This document shows positions 1-13,531 of a stretch of DNA of 64,000 bases, piece after piece (the first letter of the stretch is position 1; the number at the start of each line of letters is the position of its first letter). Source of the stretch: Podarcis gaigeae (lineage: Eukaryota). The stretch lies in NCBI GenBank assembly GCA_964106915.2, contig OZ066917.1, one strand, 5' to 3'. The position numbers and the translations under genes are program-made. The notes below the pieces were generated by a model, which worked only from the letters and a program-made list of their open reading frames with translations, ran no database searches and was not told where the DNA came from.

Positions 1-1281
1 AGAGGTTACTATTAGTAAGCCACTCCTAGCTGATAGAGGAGGTCAACGTTGGAGAGAAGTTGATTTCTGAAAGTGAAAAAGCCTTGGTGGACATACTAGA
101 CTGAGGAAACAAGAATAGATAGCAATTACAAATATGACAGATATTCATTGTCTGTAGAAATGAGGAGATACTAATTGCTGAAACACAGAAGATAACTAGA
201 ACTACTGTCTGCATTGTATTTGTCTCAGCAACATAAACATTCCTGACAGGTGGTATTATATAAGAAAAATTGAACTTATCAAAACAATCCCAAAGGAGGA
301 AACAGATTGATTCCTGTCGTAGAGAAGTCCCACCGTGTTGCGGACACGATTGCAATGGTAGGGACTGGACAGCATAGGAGGTGTGCTAGCATATGTTGCT
401 AAACTCATGAAATGCAAAAGCACCATAAATGGCAATCTTAAGGTGTTGGAATTCATCTACTTCACTGGCCAAAGGAGGAATAAACTTGAGCTTGGTACTC
501 GCTGATATATAGGCAGGCTATTTATGAACAAGTAACCAGTACACCCACACACAGAGTGACCTGGTTGACAGGTAGGCTTTATTACCAGTTTATGTAATCA
601 TCAGCAGCAAAGCTTTGCTGGACATTATCACGTCAGGCTTCCAAGTGTGGCATGTATATGGGATCTTTGTAAAAGCTCACTGTACCTAGAAAAATGCATG
701 TAAGGGGGAAGGCTAGGCTGCATGGTTTGATTATCTGCATGGTTTGATGAACTGTCTGCTATTCTAATCACCTCATAAACACCGTAGTATGCAATAGAAG
801 AAACTGAAACAGAAACTGAAACAGAAGAATTGCAATTTGGCTTGGATGGTTCCTCCAGCGCTGAAGCTGTGTGAATTGAGGGCCATAATGTTTGCACTGT
901 GCAGTGAAAACATAAGCATGCTGAATCAGAAGTAAGCCCTGTTTTTATTTTTATTACTTATTTTGTTTTGTTTTTTATTGCAATTTTATGCTGTGAACTG
1001 CACTGAGATCTGCGGTATAGGGTGGCATACAAATTGTGGTGATGATGATGATAAGTGGTGCTTACTTCTTAGTACTACTTACTACTTAGTAAGTTTGTAG
1101 TACTTATTACTACTTAGTGTTACTTACTACACAGTAAGTTTACTTAGGATTGCAGCTTTCATGCTGAATAGTACTAAATTTTGGAATTAATTAGATTTTT
1201 AAATTAATACATACAAAATTTTCCTAAATCTACACACAAACACAACTATACACATATGTATGTCATACCTGCTAAGAGAGA

Positions 1282-1445
1282 CTATGGCTCAATGATAGAG
1301 CACATGCTTTGTATTTAGAATCCCTTATTTTAATCCCTTGTGTTAGGAAAGGCAAAACTCCAAGAGACACTGCTAGTAGAGCAGACCATACTGGGCTAGA
1401 TGGGCAAACAGTCTGATGGTGTTAGGCAACTTCCTAGATTCCTAT
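1282..1445 (+). mobile_element. Old tRNA-derived SINE (Squam3-like); other copies near 13586-13760 (+), 31211-31598 (+, interrupted by a MITE) and 49484-49600 (-)
   Basis: gctcaatgatagagcacatgctttg...actgggctagatgg...ggcaacttcctagattcctat pattern recurring in the window. Confidence 0.65.
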
Positions 1446-4400
1446 CCAATCACAAAAGTTTTCTAGATACACTTGCTGGCATTTGTAACCAAAAAGACAT
1501 TGAGACATAGAAACATTAATGTTGCACTTAACAATAGTGAGAGAGACCTGGTACTTCCTCTGGCATGCACAGAGGGTTGAGGGCAGGAGGGTTCAGTGCA
1601 ACTACAAATAATTGCCATCAAGTAAGCCAGGACAAATTTGTGGACCTGCCTTCAGGTCAAGTTTTTCATGCAGTCCAAACTACAACCAATACAGTATCTC
1701 TCTTTATAATATTTAGTCAACACATGCTGGGATTTGGTTGGGGATCTGACAACCCATTTAGTTTTCTGAGCCACTTTTAATACAGGTCTGGTGATAGTAA
1801 AACTAGTTGTCTTGGGAGCTAAAGTAACTTCTAGACTATGCCAGGTGGTTGTATAATCTGTGGATGTTGGAGGGATGAAATGAAGACACAGCAAAAGAGA
1901 TGAAGGATGCAGATGTTTAACTTTCCACCAGGGGTCCTCCTGGCTGGAATGGTTTGTTTACATGTAGAAAGGTCTAAAGTCCTCTTAAATCCCTTCCTTT
2001 CTAGATGATGCTACCTATTTTTTTACAAAGTCCTACATTTACTTACTTGTATTTAATTTTAATCCCACCTTTCCTCAAAATTTTTACCTTCATCTTAGAT
2101 TTACAGCTAACAAAAATCCTTTCAGGCTAGATATGCAGAAATGAGATTTAAATTTCTTTGTTGGACAAGATAACATACAGAAGACTAGTCATGAAGGTGT
2201 TTTCATGCTATTGTATTATGAAAACTGATAATCCACTTCTGTTCGTATGCTGTAGATCACTAAATGTTGCACTGGAGGCACAATGATGTGATTTTTGTTG
2301 TTGTTGCTATGGAATGACTTCACTGTAGCTTGAAAGAACTGACATTTTACCATGGTAAAAGCGATGTGTGAATTGGTCTTGTAATTTATTAGTACTGATA
2401 TTATGCAGCATTCCCTTAGTGCTAATACCACACATTCCATGCTTGGAACACAGGGTGAATATTGTCTTACCTTATTTACAATATTCTGGTTATTTAAACA
2501 CTCTCTTTACCATAATAGAACAAAAATCTTGAGTTTGCAAATAGGAAAAAACCAGTGATTTACTGTTTTAGGGGATTAGTGTTCTCAGTTTTGTTGAAAG
2601 TTATTGTGGACATAGAAGGCCAGTTTTTGTTAAGCTGCTGCTGGAAATCTGGTAAGAGTTAAAGAGCTAAGAATTACGAGATATGACAGCATTCTGTAAT
2701 TATTTTTAGTTTATCATCCCTTATGTAAGTGCTTGCGGGCTATGTATTCTCACTTGCGTCATTAGCATGTTCATTTGTTAGAGGTGGAAAGAGTGAGAGA
2801 GCCATTAGAGAAGAATTGTAGTTAAGATTTCATTTGCGGTATGGAGCTGTGGCAGGAAGTGCTTGGGTTGCAGAAAGCATTATTAATAAAAAGAAACATA
2901 TTTGGCATTTTATTGCAAATCCAGTCCCTTTGAGCGGAGAGAGAAAAGGTTAGCCATCTTCTTCAGCTCTGAATTGGTTTGCAGTGCCTGCTTCTGATAG
3001 CTTTTATCTTCTGGAGTAATTTCCTTGACCATTCTAGTTCCCGGCGTAGTTTACCTTTATCGTGGATATATACCACAGTCTTAATTTGTAAACTCATTAT
3101 AACATACTTACATGTGGCAAGGAGAGTTTTACCACATCCTTGGGCTTCACCAGAAAGCAAGGGCTTCAGAGAACTGATAAAATCCTGCTCACCATTTGAC
3201 TGGATACTGTGGCATTCCCTGTGGATTTGTACTTAATTCTAGTAAACTACCACTCGCTAAATGGTAATCTGTACCCAAGTCATCCAAGTTTGCAACATTC
3301 CTGTGAAGGGCAAGGATTCCTATGGTGAAAAGGGACTCCCGCCGCCTTTGCGCACAGGTATTTGCACGAAGAGGAGGCATTGTGGACATCTTGACAGCTG
3401 GCCCACGGCATGCTTATTAGTTGCTCCTTTACTGTCCACTCCACTTCCTCATCTTCCCAGCCATCTTTCTTCCCTCCTGCAAGCGCCAAACCCTGTCCCT
3501 TCACTGAGCCCCAGCCTCTCCAGATTAGAGCTCTCCAGGGACCTTGTCTTTTGAAAAGAGGAAAGAAAGGGGGAAAAGGGAGGGAAAAAGAAAGAAAGAG
3601 AGGGAACAGAAGAATGAAAACAGACCCAAGGGGCAATAGTCCCTCGAGCCATCTCACTGCATTACAATGAATATGGACTCTATTAAGCTCCGTTCTGCCT
3701 GTTAGCGTTTCCCAGGGCAACACAGCTCCCATATGGCAAGCATGCAGCAGATTAGCGTAGGCCTCTAGGCCTCATTGAAGACCTGAGGCTTGACTGGCAG
3801 TTGAACTCCCTCCCCCCTTCTCCTCACACTTGACACTGCCTGTGTTTATCTAAAGCGGGGTGGGGGGGTGCATTTGGAAGGTTATTGTCCGGGGCAATGA
3901 GAGATAGGAGAGGGAATAACTGAGCCAAGCTGGGAAGGAACATGGGAGGGAGTGGGGCTGGCTGGCCAAAGGAGGGAAAGGGAGGTAAGAAGGGAGCAAA
4001 AGGAGATAGGAAGGAGGGAAGGTTGGAAGGGGGATGGCAAAACACTTCATAAATATTCAGGAAGGATGCTGAATAGGGAGAGGAGAAATAAAGCAGATGG
4101 AATTCATGTTAAAGAACAGCCACAATCACCCTCCAAAAACAAGAAAAGAAAAGAGAACTGCTTTAAAGGAGCATAGGGAACGACGTTTATCCAATTAGCA
4201 GGGTTGTCAAATTGAATTTATACAGAATTGAAGGGGGGGAGAGGAGTGAAAATTAAGTGTGTGGGGTTGGGTGGGGGGAGAAATATATAGAAGAAAGGAA
4301 GTGCATCTCTCCCCCCCCCCTCCCACTCTAGTAAGGAGATTTTATCCTTTATAAGGCTAAGGCAGTTTCCAGAGTGTGTGGAAGGCGGGCAACGCAAGGG

Positions 4401-4920
4401 GTAAACTGACTATTCCATTTTACTGTGATCTCACTTTGGATAAGAGGATAGAAAGAAGTAACAGAAATGAAGCATGATGCAAGAACGACAGCATTGCTTT
4501 GGATTAAGGCCGCTTTGTACCTGAGAACGCTATGAATTTGGGACTGGGATATTAAGTATATTAGATTATCAGTGGAAGTCCCCTATCATACACAATTGTG
4601 ATAGGCAATTGTCGCTTTAGCTGGTGACATTGGTTTCTGGGTTGCAAGAGAGAGTTCACGTGCCATAATTACTTCAGTCCTTAGTCTATAAGCAAGGGAG
4701 GGTCTCAGTGGTAGAGTTGCATGATGGTCCTAAATGCTTTCAGTGGCACTTCATTGATAACTGAGTAATTTTCTTGTAGACTATCAAAACAGCTAGAGAA
4801 GATTTGATTATATGAATATATGTGTGTTCATACAGATCCACTGACTAACATTGAAACATAATTTTTCTGCTTTTTATCACTTGGTCAAATGGGCAACCTA
4901 ATCTGTAAATTTCCAGGGCT

Positions 4921-5092
4921 GTGGGTAGCCACATTAATCTGTTGCAGCAAAATCAACAAAGACCCTTGTGACATGTTAAAGACTAACAAATGTCATCATT
5001 GCATAAGCATTTGTGGGCTTCATCATGAAAGCTAATGCCTTAATAAAATGTGTTAAGCCTTTAAAGTGCTACAAAACTCTTGGCTGTTTTTT
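4921..5092. mobile_element. Penelope-type inverted-end relic (second relic near 53574-53698)
   Basis: gggtagcc..ttaatctgttgcagcaaaa...aaagactaac and inverted gttaagcctttaaagtgctacaa motifs, as in reptile Penelope elements. Confidence 0.55.
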
Positions 5093-5810
5093 CTCATAGA
5101 AATGTATGTCTTTGATTTGTGATTGTGCAATACAGTACAGTAGGTGTGAAGACCTGGGAAAAATAAGAGTTTCCACCTGTTTCTTTTTAAAACACCTGAG
5201 CTTTCACATCTCATTCTTCCCCTCCTTCGTTGTTGCTTTTTACATTTTGTCCTACAATACCCACCAAATTCAAGAATTGTTAACAATAGCAGCATGCATT
5301 CGTAGTCTATCTGTAAAGGATAGAAAACACCAAAATTATATATTTATTCAAAAGTCAGTTATGTGAAAGAATACAGCAATACCTATTCATTGATCTCTTA
5401 CTGAGAAACAGCTGTTGTCAAAAGCCCTATTTGGGTGTTCTTCGTCATGCAATTATAGTTCCGTGAGGAGTGTCAGTGGGCCATGCTAGATGGCTCTGAC
5501 CCTACTGTTGTGTCCCCTTCATCACCTTCCACACATTGGAGGGTGGGGAAAACTGAATTGGGGAGGCTGCTCTATGTGTTTAGGCTCACTCCATGATTCA
5601 GAACTCTGCTTGGGCAGATGCCCTACACCAGACCTTCCCTCTTCAGTGTGTGTAAGGTGGTTAGGGGATCATGATGGAGGGGCAGGGCCAGCAACTGTTG
5701 TCCCACTTTTCCTCTCACTCAGCAGTAATTGCAGAAGGGAGAACACCTGAATAAGGCTTAAGTTTCAGGAGATTCTCTAAATGTCATAAACCTTGAGCTT
5801 TCACTAAGAA

Positions 5811-5990
5811 GGATTCACATTGTACTACTCACATTTAAGGCATGTTTCCCCACCCCCAAAGAATCATGGGAACTATAATTTGTTAAGGGTGCTGGAAACT
5901 ATAACTCTATGTAGCGTAAACTACAATTCTCAGGATTCTCATGGGGGGTGGGGACAAATGTGCTTCAAAGGTATGGCGTGTATGCAGCCA
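5811..5990. mobile_element. Palindromic MITE (Harbinger-like; second copy near 62533-62690)
   Basis: cccc.aagaatc.tgggaact.ta / actaca.ttc.caggattct.....gggg inverted arms in both copies. Confidence 0.6.
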
Positions 5991-8900
5991 CAGTCTCACC
6001 TCTATGGGAGAAACCATAAGTAGCAATTTAACAGCTGGTCTTAATGTGGTCAGTTAATGAGCTATTCCATAAGTATTTGTGTCACTATTCTGTGTGACCT
6101 ATGGTCATGACCTATTGTCCTTAACATATATGGAAATGTATGTGTTACTGAGATCAATGAGCTAATTTTTTTTTTCAAATACTGTACATTATTTTGTTCT
6201 TCTAAAAAAATGTCCCATGCTTTCCCCCTTCACAAATGAGTTGCTCAAAGCAGCATAGAAGAAAACATAAAAGTAATAGTGATCCAACCATTAAAACAAA
6301 AAATGAAATTAAACCTGTAATCTTAGTTGACTTGCAAGTGACCTACTGTAAATCTTGTCTTGCAGATAATCGCTTATTTTAATTACCATGAGCAATGATG
6401 CAGACTAATTGTTTTGTATACCTGTAGACAAAACTAATTCATGCAAACAAAAAATAATTAGAGATTACTATATTCAGATCAAGAGGGAAGCCTAAAATGT
6501 CCATTTTATGGGGTCTGATGTTCACAACATTTAAATTGTGTATTTAGCTTGGCTTTCCTGTTTCTAAAATCAGTCTTCAAGAGTGGCGTATCTAGGGCTG
6601 ATGTTATAAACTGGTCTGCCACCTCAGATTCCTTGTAAATGTCACCAAAGTGGAGAAGATTAATGGATTGGTTTACATCCTTGGCCTGCACTTTTTTTTA
6701 AAGCTTTCTTTTCTATCGTTTTTTCAGCCCTCAGAAATGGGCTGAAAGCACATGACTAATTGTGGGCATGCCTTCTCTGCAGCATCCTGCTGCTGGCTGG
6801 CCTCTATGACAAGAATGGGACATCATTTCTGGTTGGGGTTTTTATCAATCCAGCCCAATACATGGTCAATATGGAACATAGTTCAACTTCGTAAATAGAT
6901 TCTCTTTGATACCTGACAACAGGAACAAAAGTGGCAGAGTCAAGACTATCTTGTTTGGCAGCCCATTTAAAACCTAGACTTTCCTAATGGAAGTTTTGCA
7001 ATGTCTGCTTATTTTCCTGCACGATAAAATACGTAACTCGTGCACTCTTCCCTTACATCTTTTCTCATTTGAAGTAGTTCAAAGGTGAGCAAGATATTAA
7101 CAGTTAAAAGGAGTAGTCATTCTTCTTCCCCCATGCCGTAGCCTTGAAGTGTTTCTTATATTTGTTTCTGTCAAAATTGTACCTGTGACTAAGCAGGGGC
7201 AAAAACTGAAAAGCACAGACTCTTGATTGTGTTTTATGCAGTGGGATCTTATCCTTATTTACTCATAAGTTCAGTGGGAATTACTACCAAATCACTTCTC
7301 ATAGCATCACAGTCCAGTTCACTCAGCTTGTAGAACTTTGATACATCAATCCCTTTGACTGAAGACCTGGCAGAATTGCAGTTGCCCTTAGACAGGAAAC
7401 CACCTTACAGGCTTTGACAATTCTGCCTGCCTGTCTGAGTTCCCTTTTCATTTCTCCTTTCCCCAAACACCTTCTCCCTTCCCCCATTGTCCTTCATCCA
7501 TTCCTCGAGTTGCAGCAAAAGGCTTGCTCATGCCCAGCAGCTGAAACATGGGCTGTTTTTCATTTAGGACCCTCCTCATAAATTTCAGATGGTGTGGTAG
7601 TAACAAGAATTGCTTGGCTGGCCCTTATTTAAGCAGCAGGGGGTCTGGAGCTGCAGGCAGCATTTCCTCAATAAAACCTTCAGATTCTAATCAACAAACA
7701 CCTCTATAGCTGCCAATGTTACTATTATAGGACTCCCTCAATCTTCCTTTGTCCTTTCCTCCATCCCTCTTATTGTTCTCCGCAGTGTATACAGATTTTT
7801 CCACATATACACACTTTTGAGCAGCATGGGGATAGGTGACGCTGATGATATTAGCTTTTACACCTCATGCATCTGATTCTCCCCCTCCTTAATCTCTGCC
7901 AATAGTGTAATCGTTGATTTAATGAAAGTGACTTCCATGCCCCCAGTCCACGGACAGGAAATTGTTTTTAACCTGAAGGGAAATAATTTATAAAAACAAA
8001 GTTCTTACTTTTCATTTCCTCTAATCCATTGTCCCTGTTGCACCTTTACTGGTGGGATAATGAAGGATTCAGTCCAGTCAAAGTTGAGAATTTTAAAGCT
8101 CCATTGATTGAATGGAAGAGTGAAGCATGGGCTTATATCTCTTCCCTTGGAGTTAAAAATGACTTTAAAATGCTTTACTTTGACAGTACCATGCGCAAAG
8201 TAAAGTCTAAATCTAATTTGACACTGCCTTTGAAGTCAGTGGGGTGAGGATTCTAGCCTGAGTCTGGATGCATTTATATTGGTCTGGTTTTATTTTATTT
8301 TTAAATTCCTTACTGCGGTATGTGAGCACTGTGTCTATATAGTATCTGGTGTATCCTTGTGTGACAATTTTCTGTGTCTCCTTTTTACCATAATTTCTCC
8401 CCAAAAAGCTTTTCTTTTCCTGTTTTTTTCTCTATATTGTATCTGTTTGTATTAAGAAGAGCCCAGGGGCTGAGGAAATCAATTCATTTGTCTTTCTGTT
8501 TAAACCAAAATATTTTTTATAACCACAGCCAAGTAAAGAGGTAACAGAACTTGGCAAACAAACTATTTAAGCTGCACTTGATTGGACGTGTTCTTATTTT
8601 ATGTCCTAAAAATATCCGTAATAGCACATTAGTTCACTGCGATGTTTCATTTGTGGTGGATAGAGTTTATACAATGGGAGCTAAGCAGGACTGTGTTGTT
8701 CACATATTAATTTTACTACAAATGAAAGATCTGCTGCAAGGGAGCGTGTGGTGGTGGTGAAAAACAGTCATATTGATCACTACCATGAGTGTAACATGTG
8801 AACAGTGCTTATGTTCTTCCACCGAATGCTTAAGTATGGTTGCAGCTCGGTACATTGACAATCCATAGGCTTCTATATGCTTAGTTTACATGAATTTGTT

Positions 8901-9475
8901 GTTCCAAGAGGCAATTACTGCTGCTAAATTCAAGTAACCAAAAGTCCACTTGTTTAAATAATCATTTTTATCATACACTGCTATTTGCAGTATAATTGTG
9001 GCAGTTTTCTTGACCCTCTGGCTATGAGACCTTCTGGATCTTGTACTGAACCATTTATTGATTTGCCGACATCAGAGAAGATAAATGTGCACTGCGCTGC
9101 ATTCATGTTTATGACTTCCTCTTGTAAACGGTCCTTGCAAAAGAGGCGATAAGATCTGAACTACCTAGTTTCTTCACCTCAAGCTGACTTCATGGCAAGA
9201 AGGAATGCCGCCTTCACTTATTAGGGTTAAGAGGCACAACTATCCATGTTTGCCTTTAAATTTGTGATTCCATCCTCTGAGGACTAAATGCTGACTCTGG
9301 GTGTTGATGTGTGTCAAAAAAACTACCGGTATTCTCTTGACTAACCTACTATTTTATCTCTTATCTCCCTGTCATCCAGGGCACCTCACAAAGCTGAATT
9401 TCCACCCTTAAGTCCTCTGGGGCAGCTTATGGGAACTTCACGTGGCATCTTTTGCTCCAGACTCCTCTGCATGGG

Positions 9476-9560
9476 ATGGCCATGATATCAGAGGGGGAAA
9501 GACCAATGACTGCTATCATCTGTTTGCTCTTGGCATCTGCTGGTTGCATTGCAAATTTGG
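9476..9560 (+). CDS. BOC: BOC coding exon 1: signal peptide MAMISEGERPMTAIICLLLASAGCIANL (exon starts about 9380 with 5'UTR)
   Basis: Acceptor tcatccag|9380; in-frame TGA at 9395 precedes the first in-frame ATG at 9476 (gggATGg); donor TTG G|gtgagt; hydrophobic core resembles human CLLLATAGCFADL. The start could instead be 9482. Confidence 0.85.
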
Positions 9561-9597
9561 GTGAGTGTCCCCCCCCCCCCCATTTCCCCCTAATAAA

Positions 9598-9701
9598 TGT
9601 TTAGGGAAGCTTTTAATGTTTGATGTACTACAGTATTTTAATATTTTTTTGGAAGCCACCCAGAGTGGCTGGGGAAGCCCAGCCAGATGGGCGGGGTATA
9701 A

Positions 9702-9750
<49 letters not shown>
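9598..9750 (+). mobile_element. Short L2-family 3' end with (ATT)n tail
   Basis: tttagggaagcttttaatgtt...cccagagtggctggggaagcccagccagatggg shared with the 40594 copy. Confidence 0.82.
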
Positions 9751-9751
<1 letters not shown>

Positions 9752-10655
9752 GCTGCTGCATTTTCAAGGATTCAACTTTATTTCCATTTTGCTTATGGGA
9801 TTGGTCCTACATCTCAACTTTCAAATGCTGCCCTCCCTTTAATCTTTTTCTGTAGCCTTATTTTCAGCCACTTAGGACTGCTTTCAAATCCCAAGTCAAC
9901 ATTTGAGAATCATTGCTGAGTCATGAAATTTGCTGCTCACCTGGAGTGAGTAGTGATTGCCTGTGGGTGAGCAGCCAAATGGCAAACTCACCTAATTCCA
10001 GAAGTGGTATACCTCTAACCATGAAGTGATGGGGGCAAAATAACAGAAGAGGCCTTTCTTGCTTTATGAGATTTCCAGGGCTACGGTATATCCCTGTTAA
10101 AAACAGAATGTTGTCCTTTGATCTGATTCAGCAAGACAGTTCTTACATTCCACTTTGTACTGCTTTTTTTACTTAGTCACCATAGGACAGTACTTTGCTT
10201 CTCTCACTATGGAAGCAGAGTATTACAAATGTTCTCTATGTGTACTGTCTCTCCTGAAGTAGAGGGCAGGGCAGAGAGAGAGAGAGAAGGCAGCTAGAGT
10301 AGTGTGTGATGGAACATGCCTTTACCTACATATAAAGCCACATTAACTCAGCATGGTGCCCTTGTTGAGAATGAAGATCTATATCCCTAAGGTGAAGTCT
10401 CAACAGTTGAATGTGATGTATTCTTATGATCTTACTAATAAGTAACCAACCACCAAATGCCAATAGCCTTCAACCTGTGGTATCCATCTTGTTCTATTTT
10501 TATTGAATTCTGTTCAGAATGTTTAATGCATGACAAGCCTAAACAATGTGAATATGATTAGAATGTTAATAGCTGGTACCTACAGTGTTAGTAGATCTAC
10601 TTCCCTTTTGTAAACCAGTGTTCATGAGGATTTCTCAACTGTCCTCCTTTTTCAG

Positions 10656-10934
10656 GTCAATCTCGTCAGGTCACCGTGCAGCCTGCTTCTGTGGTCCAGA
10701 AGTATGGTGGCTTGGTCAGCTTGAGGTGTATGGTCGAGCCCTTGACTGTAAATGTGTCCTGGAGACTAAACGGAAAGGAGCTGCTTCACTCAGATGACAT
10801 CCTGGGGATCCATATTGATCAGAGATTGCTTACCGTGGCTTCCTTAAACAACGACACAGTGGGCCGGTACCAGTGCATAGCCCGTGTGCCTGAAGGTGTT
10901 GTTGCCAGTGTTCCAGCCATGGTAACATTAGCTA
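10656..10934 (+). CDS. BOC: BOC exon, Ig domain 1
   Basis: tttttcag|GT CAA...GCT A|gtgagt; QVTVQPASVVQK...GRYQCIARVPEGVVASVPAMVTLA; 279 nt, phase 1-1. Confidence 0.96.
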
Positions 10935-13406
10935 GTGAGTAGCTTTGCTTCTTTTCCTCAATGTACAATGCATTGTCTTTAGTTGCCTGATTCAGTGCTA
11001 ATCAGATGATCTAAGCATCCTTCATTCTCAGACATAGGATATATTTTGGATGTGAATGCTGGCCTCATGCTGGGTTACACATATGCTTCACAACAAGCCT
11101 CATTTTGGAGTGAAGCAGAGCGCCTTGTACTTGTCTGACCTCACACAGGCACTCCCACAAATAGGACTAAGTAGGATACTCAGATTGGGATGCTGGCATT
11201 GTTTAAGAGTCAAGAGTTCTAACATGGCAAGCCCACAAGGTAAATGCTATTATGTGTATGAGTCAAAGGACAGAACTGCCTAGTAACCTGTCTTGACTAG
11301 TATCAGGAGGGTTCCCTCTTCAGGGCACCACAGGGCGTGGAGGGAAATAGAGAAAGGAGATATGCCTCTAAAAGATTGAAGGAGATACATTTGTGCAAAA
11401 CAGGGGCTGGTTTTGTTTCAAAGCCAAGAATTATTGGCTTGTCATCAAGATATTAATCAGAAGTGAAATGTTTAGGTTGGGCTGGGTTAGAAAAGGAGAA
11501 TGGAACAGCAGCTCCAAGGCTCCATGGGAGGGGTCTGCCATTGGGTTGAAGCCTTTTGGGGATTTGGAGTGAGCTCTGCAGTTAGATTAAGTTTCGGAGA
11601 GTGCATTCCAGAGCAGAATGGGGGCTGTGTTTTGCTTGTGGGCTCATAGAGGAGGGGAGTGAAAAGGTGGATGAGATTACTCAGATCATGGTTTGCATTT
11701 AACAGGGACTGGGAAAGTGCTGCTTGCTCAGCCTCTTAGCACAGTTGTTTTGCTTATGGGCCTTTCTAGTGTTCCCTCAAATGTTTTTTATTTGGACAAA
11801 GCGGTCATTGTTCAGCCTACCTGGCTGATGGCTATCCATTCCAGCCTCAGTGAATGAGGGGAGTCAGGCTTCCACAGCAGAGCTTCTAGTAAATCTCCTT
11901 GAATGTCCATAAAATCTGGTCCACAGATCCAGCTTGCTTTTGTAAACTGTTGCTGTTGAAATAAAACAGTTTTAATTAAAATTAAGAAGACAGCAAAGTA
12001 GTGATGTTACGTCACAAAAAGGCCATTTACAATATTCACTTTCAGAAGTAGCTATAGTTGGGAATAATATGTGATTATTAAATAATCTTGTATGCAAAAA
12101 CTAAATGAGGCTGGTATATTTCAGCACAATGTATGCTGTTTGCTAATAATAAATGTAGACACTGAAAATAGTATGGAAAAAGACCCAGAACACATATTTT
12201 CCTAGATTCCATGTGAAATAGTTAAATTAGGAATATATGTTATTAGAGAAAAGTGGAGAAAAGTAACAACCAAGAATGTGATGTCAGATGTCCAGATTCA
12301 AAGTTTTCAGTGTACACAGACGAGGAAGTAACACCTGTTTTTCTAGAGCTTATGTGAATTGGAGACACATAAAATTTCCCACCAAGTCGCTTTGAGCCCA
12401 TTGATACGGGCTAAACTTCCATACATATTTACTGGAAAACTCCAAGACTCGCCAATCCTGCTTGCATGCTACATTAAGCCATAGTTAAAAGCAAGCTGTG
12501 ATTGAATGTGCAGTGTGCTCATGCATGCAGCTAAATGGTTCTTGCCCCAGTCCTCCCTTGCTGCCACTATACTACTAAGAAACAACTCAGAGTCTGGCTT
12601 GTGATGACATTTGAATCCAGACCATGAGTAGTAACCAAGGTTTGTTCTTGGTTTAGTGCTTGTGGTTTGTTTATGGGAAACAAACCACAAACCTGGGTTC
12701 AGACATCACCATTCTAGTCGTTTCCCAGTGTTGGACAGCAATACTACTAGGAGAGGAGTGGAGTGAGAATTTTTCAGCAGTGTGCACCATCATAATATGG
12801 GCACTGAAGGAACCGCTACTAAAATTAGCTAGAGGCTTTAATAACTGACTGAAATAACACTGAGGACAGAGTCACATTAGCTTGTTGGGGGACTTGTAGG
12901 GCCAATTGGATTTCCCCCTTCTCTTCAGCCTGGCTTAAATTTGCACAATGTTAGATCATGTGCCATTTCAAACCAGGTTGACAGGAAAGAGTTGACTTAC
13001 TGTGTAACCATATTGCCAGTATGCTTATGTTGAGTTGTTAGTGTATGTTACAGGTTTTGAATTATTGCCTTCAAAACAATAGTTTAATGTTATCGTGAGT
13101 GTTTGTTCATTTGTTGTTTTGCATAAAACGAAATTTGCTTAAATAAAAGATAATCATAATATTTTCCCTTTTGTGTATGAAAGGAAGAGGCACAACTGGT
13201 AATTTTATTCCCTACATATATGAAGTGAAGACTGACAGACTGAATATGATAAGCTACATAATATGCAAGAAGATCTATTATGTCTTATCATTTGTAAACA
13301 CAGAGATATTCAAAAGATCTCTGTTCAAAAGATGCCCTTCCAATTTCTGTTGTATGCTAGTTGCTGAACATTTGCTCCACGTGCTGTTGAGAGAAGGCCA
13401 TGAACA

Positions 13407-13531
13407 CAGTGGCGTAGTGTGGGGGGTGCAGGGGGGGCCGGCCGCACCGGGCGCAACATCTGGGGGTTAGGGTTAGGGGGTGCAAATTACTTGCCTTGCC
13501 CCGGGTGCTGACAACCCACGCTACGCCACTG
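13407..13531. mobile_element. GC-rich hAT-like MITE
   Basis: TIR CAGTGGCGTAG.GTGGG; no matching TSD. Confidence 0.75.

Noticed and set aside
9516-9855. ORFs with poly-N, poly-L or poly-I tracts (also at 30640 and 40788)
   Set aside because: Translations of (ATT)n tails of L2 elements.
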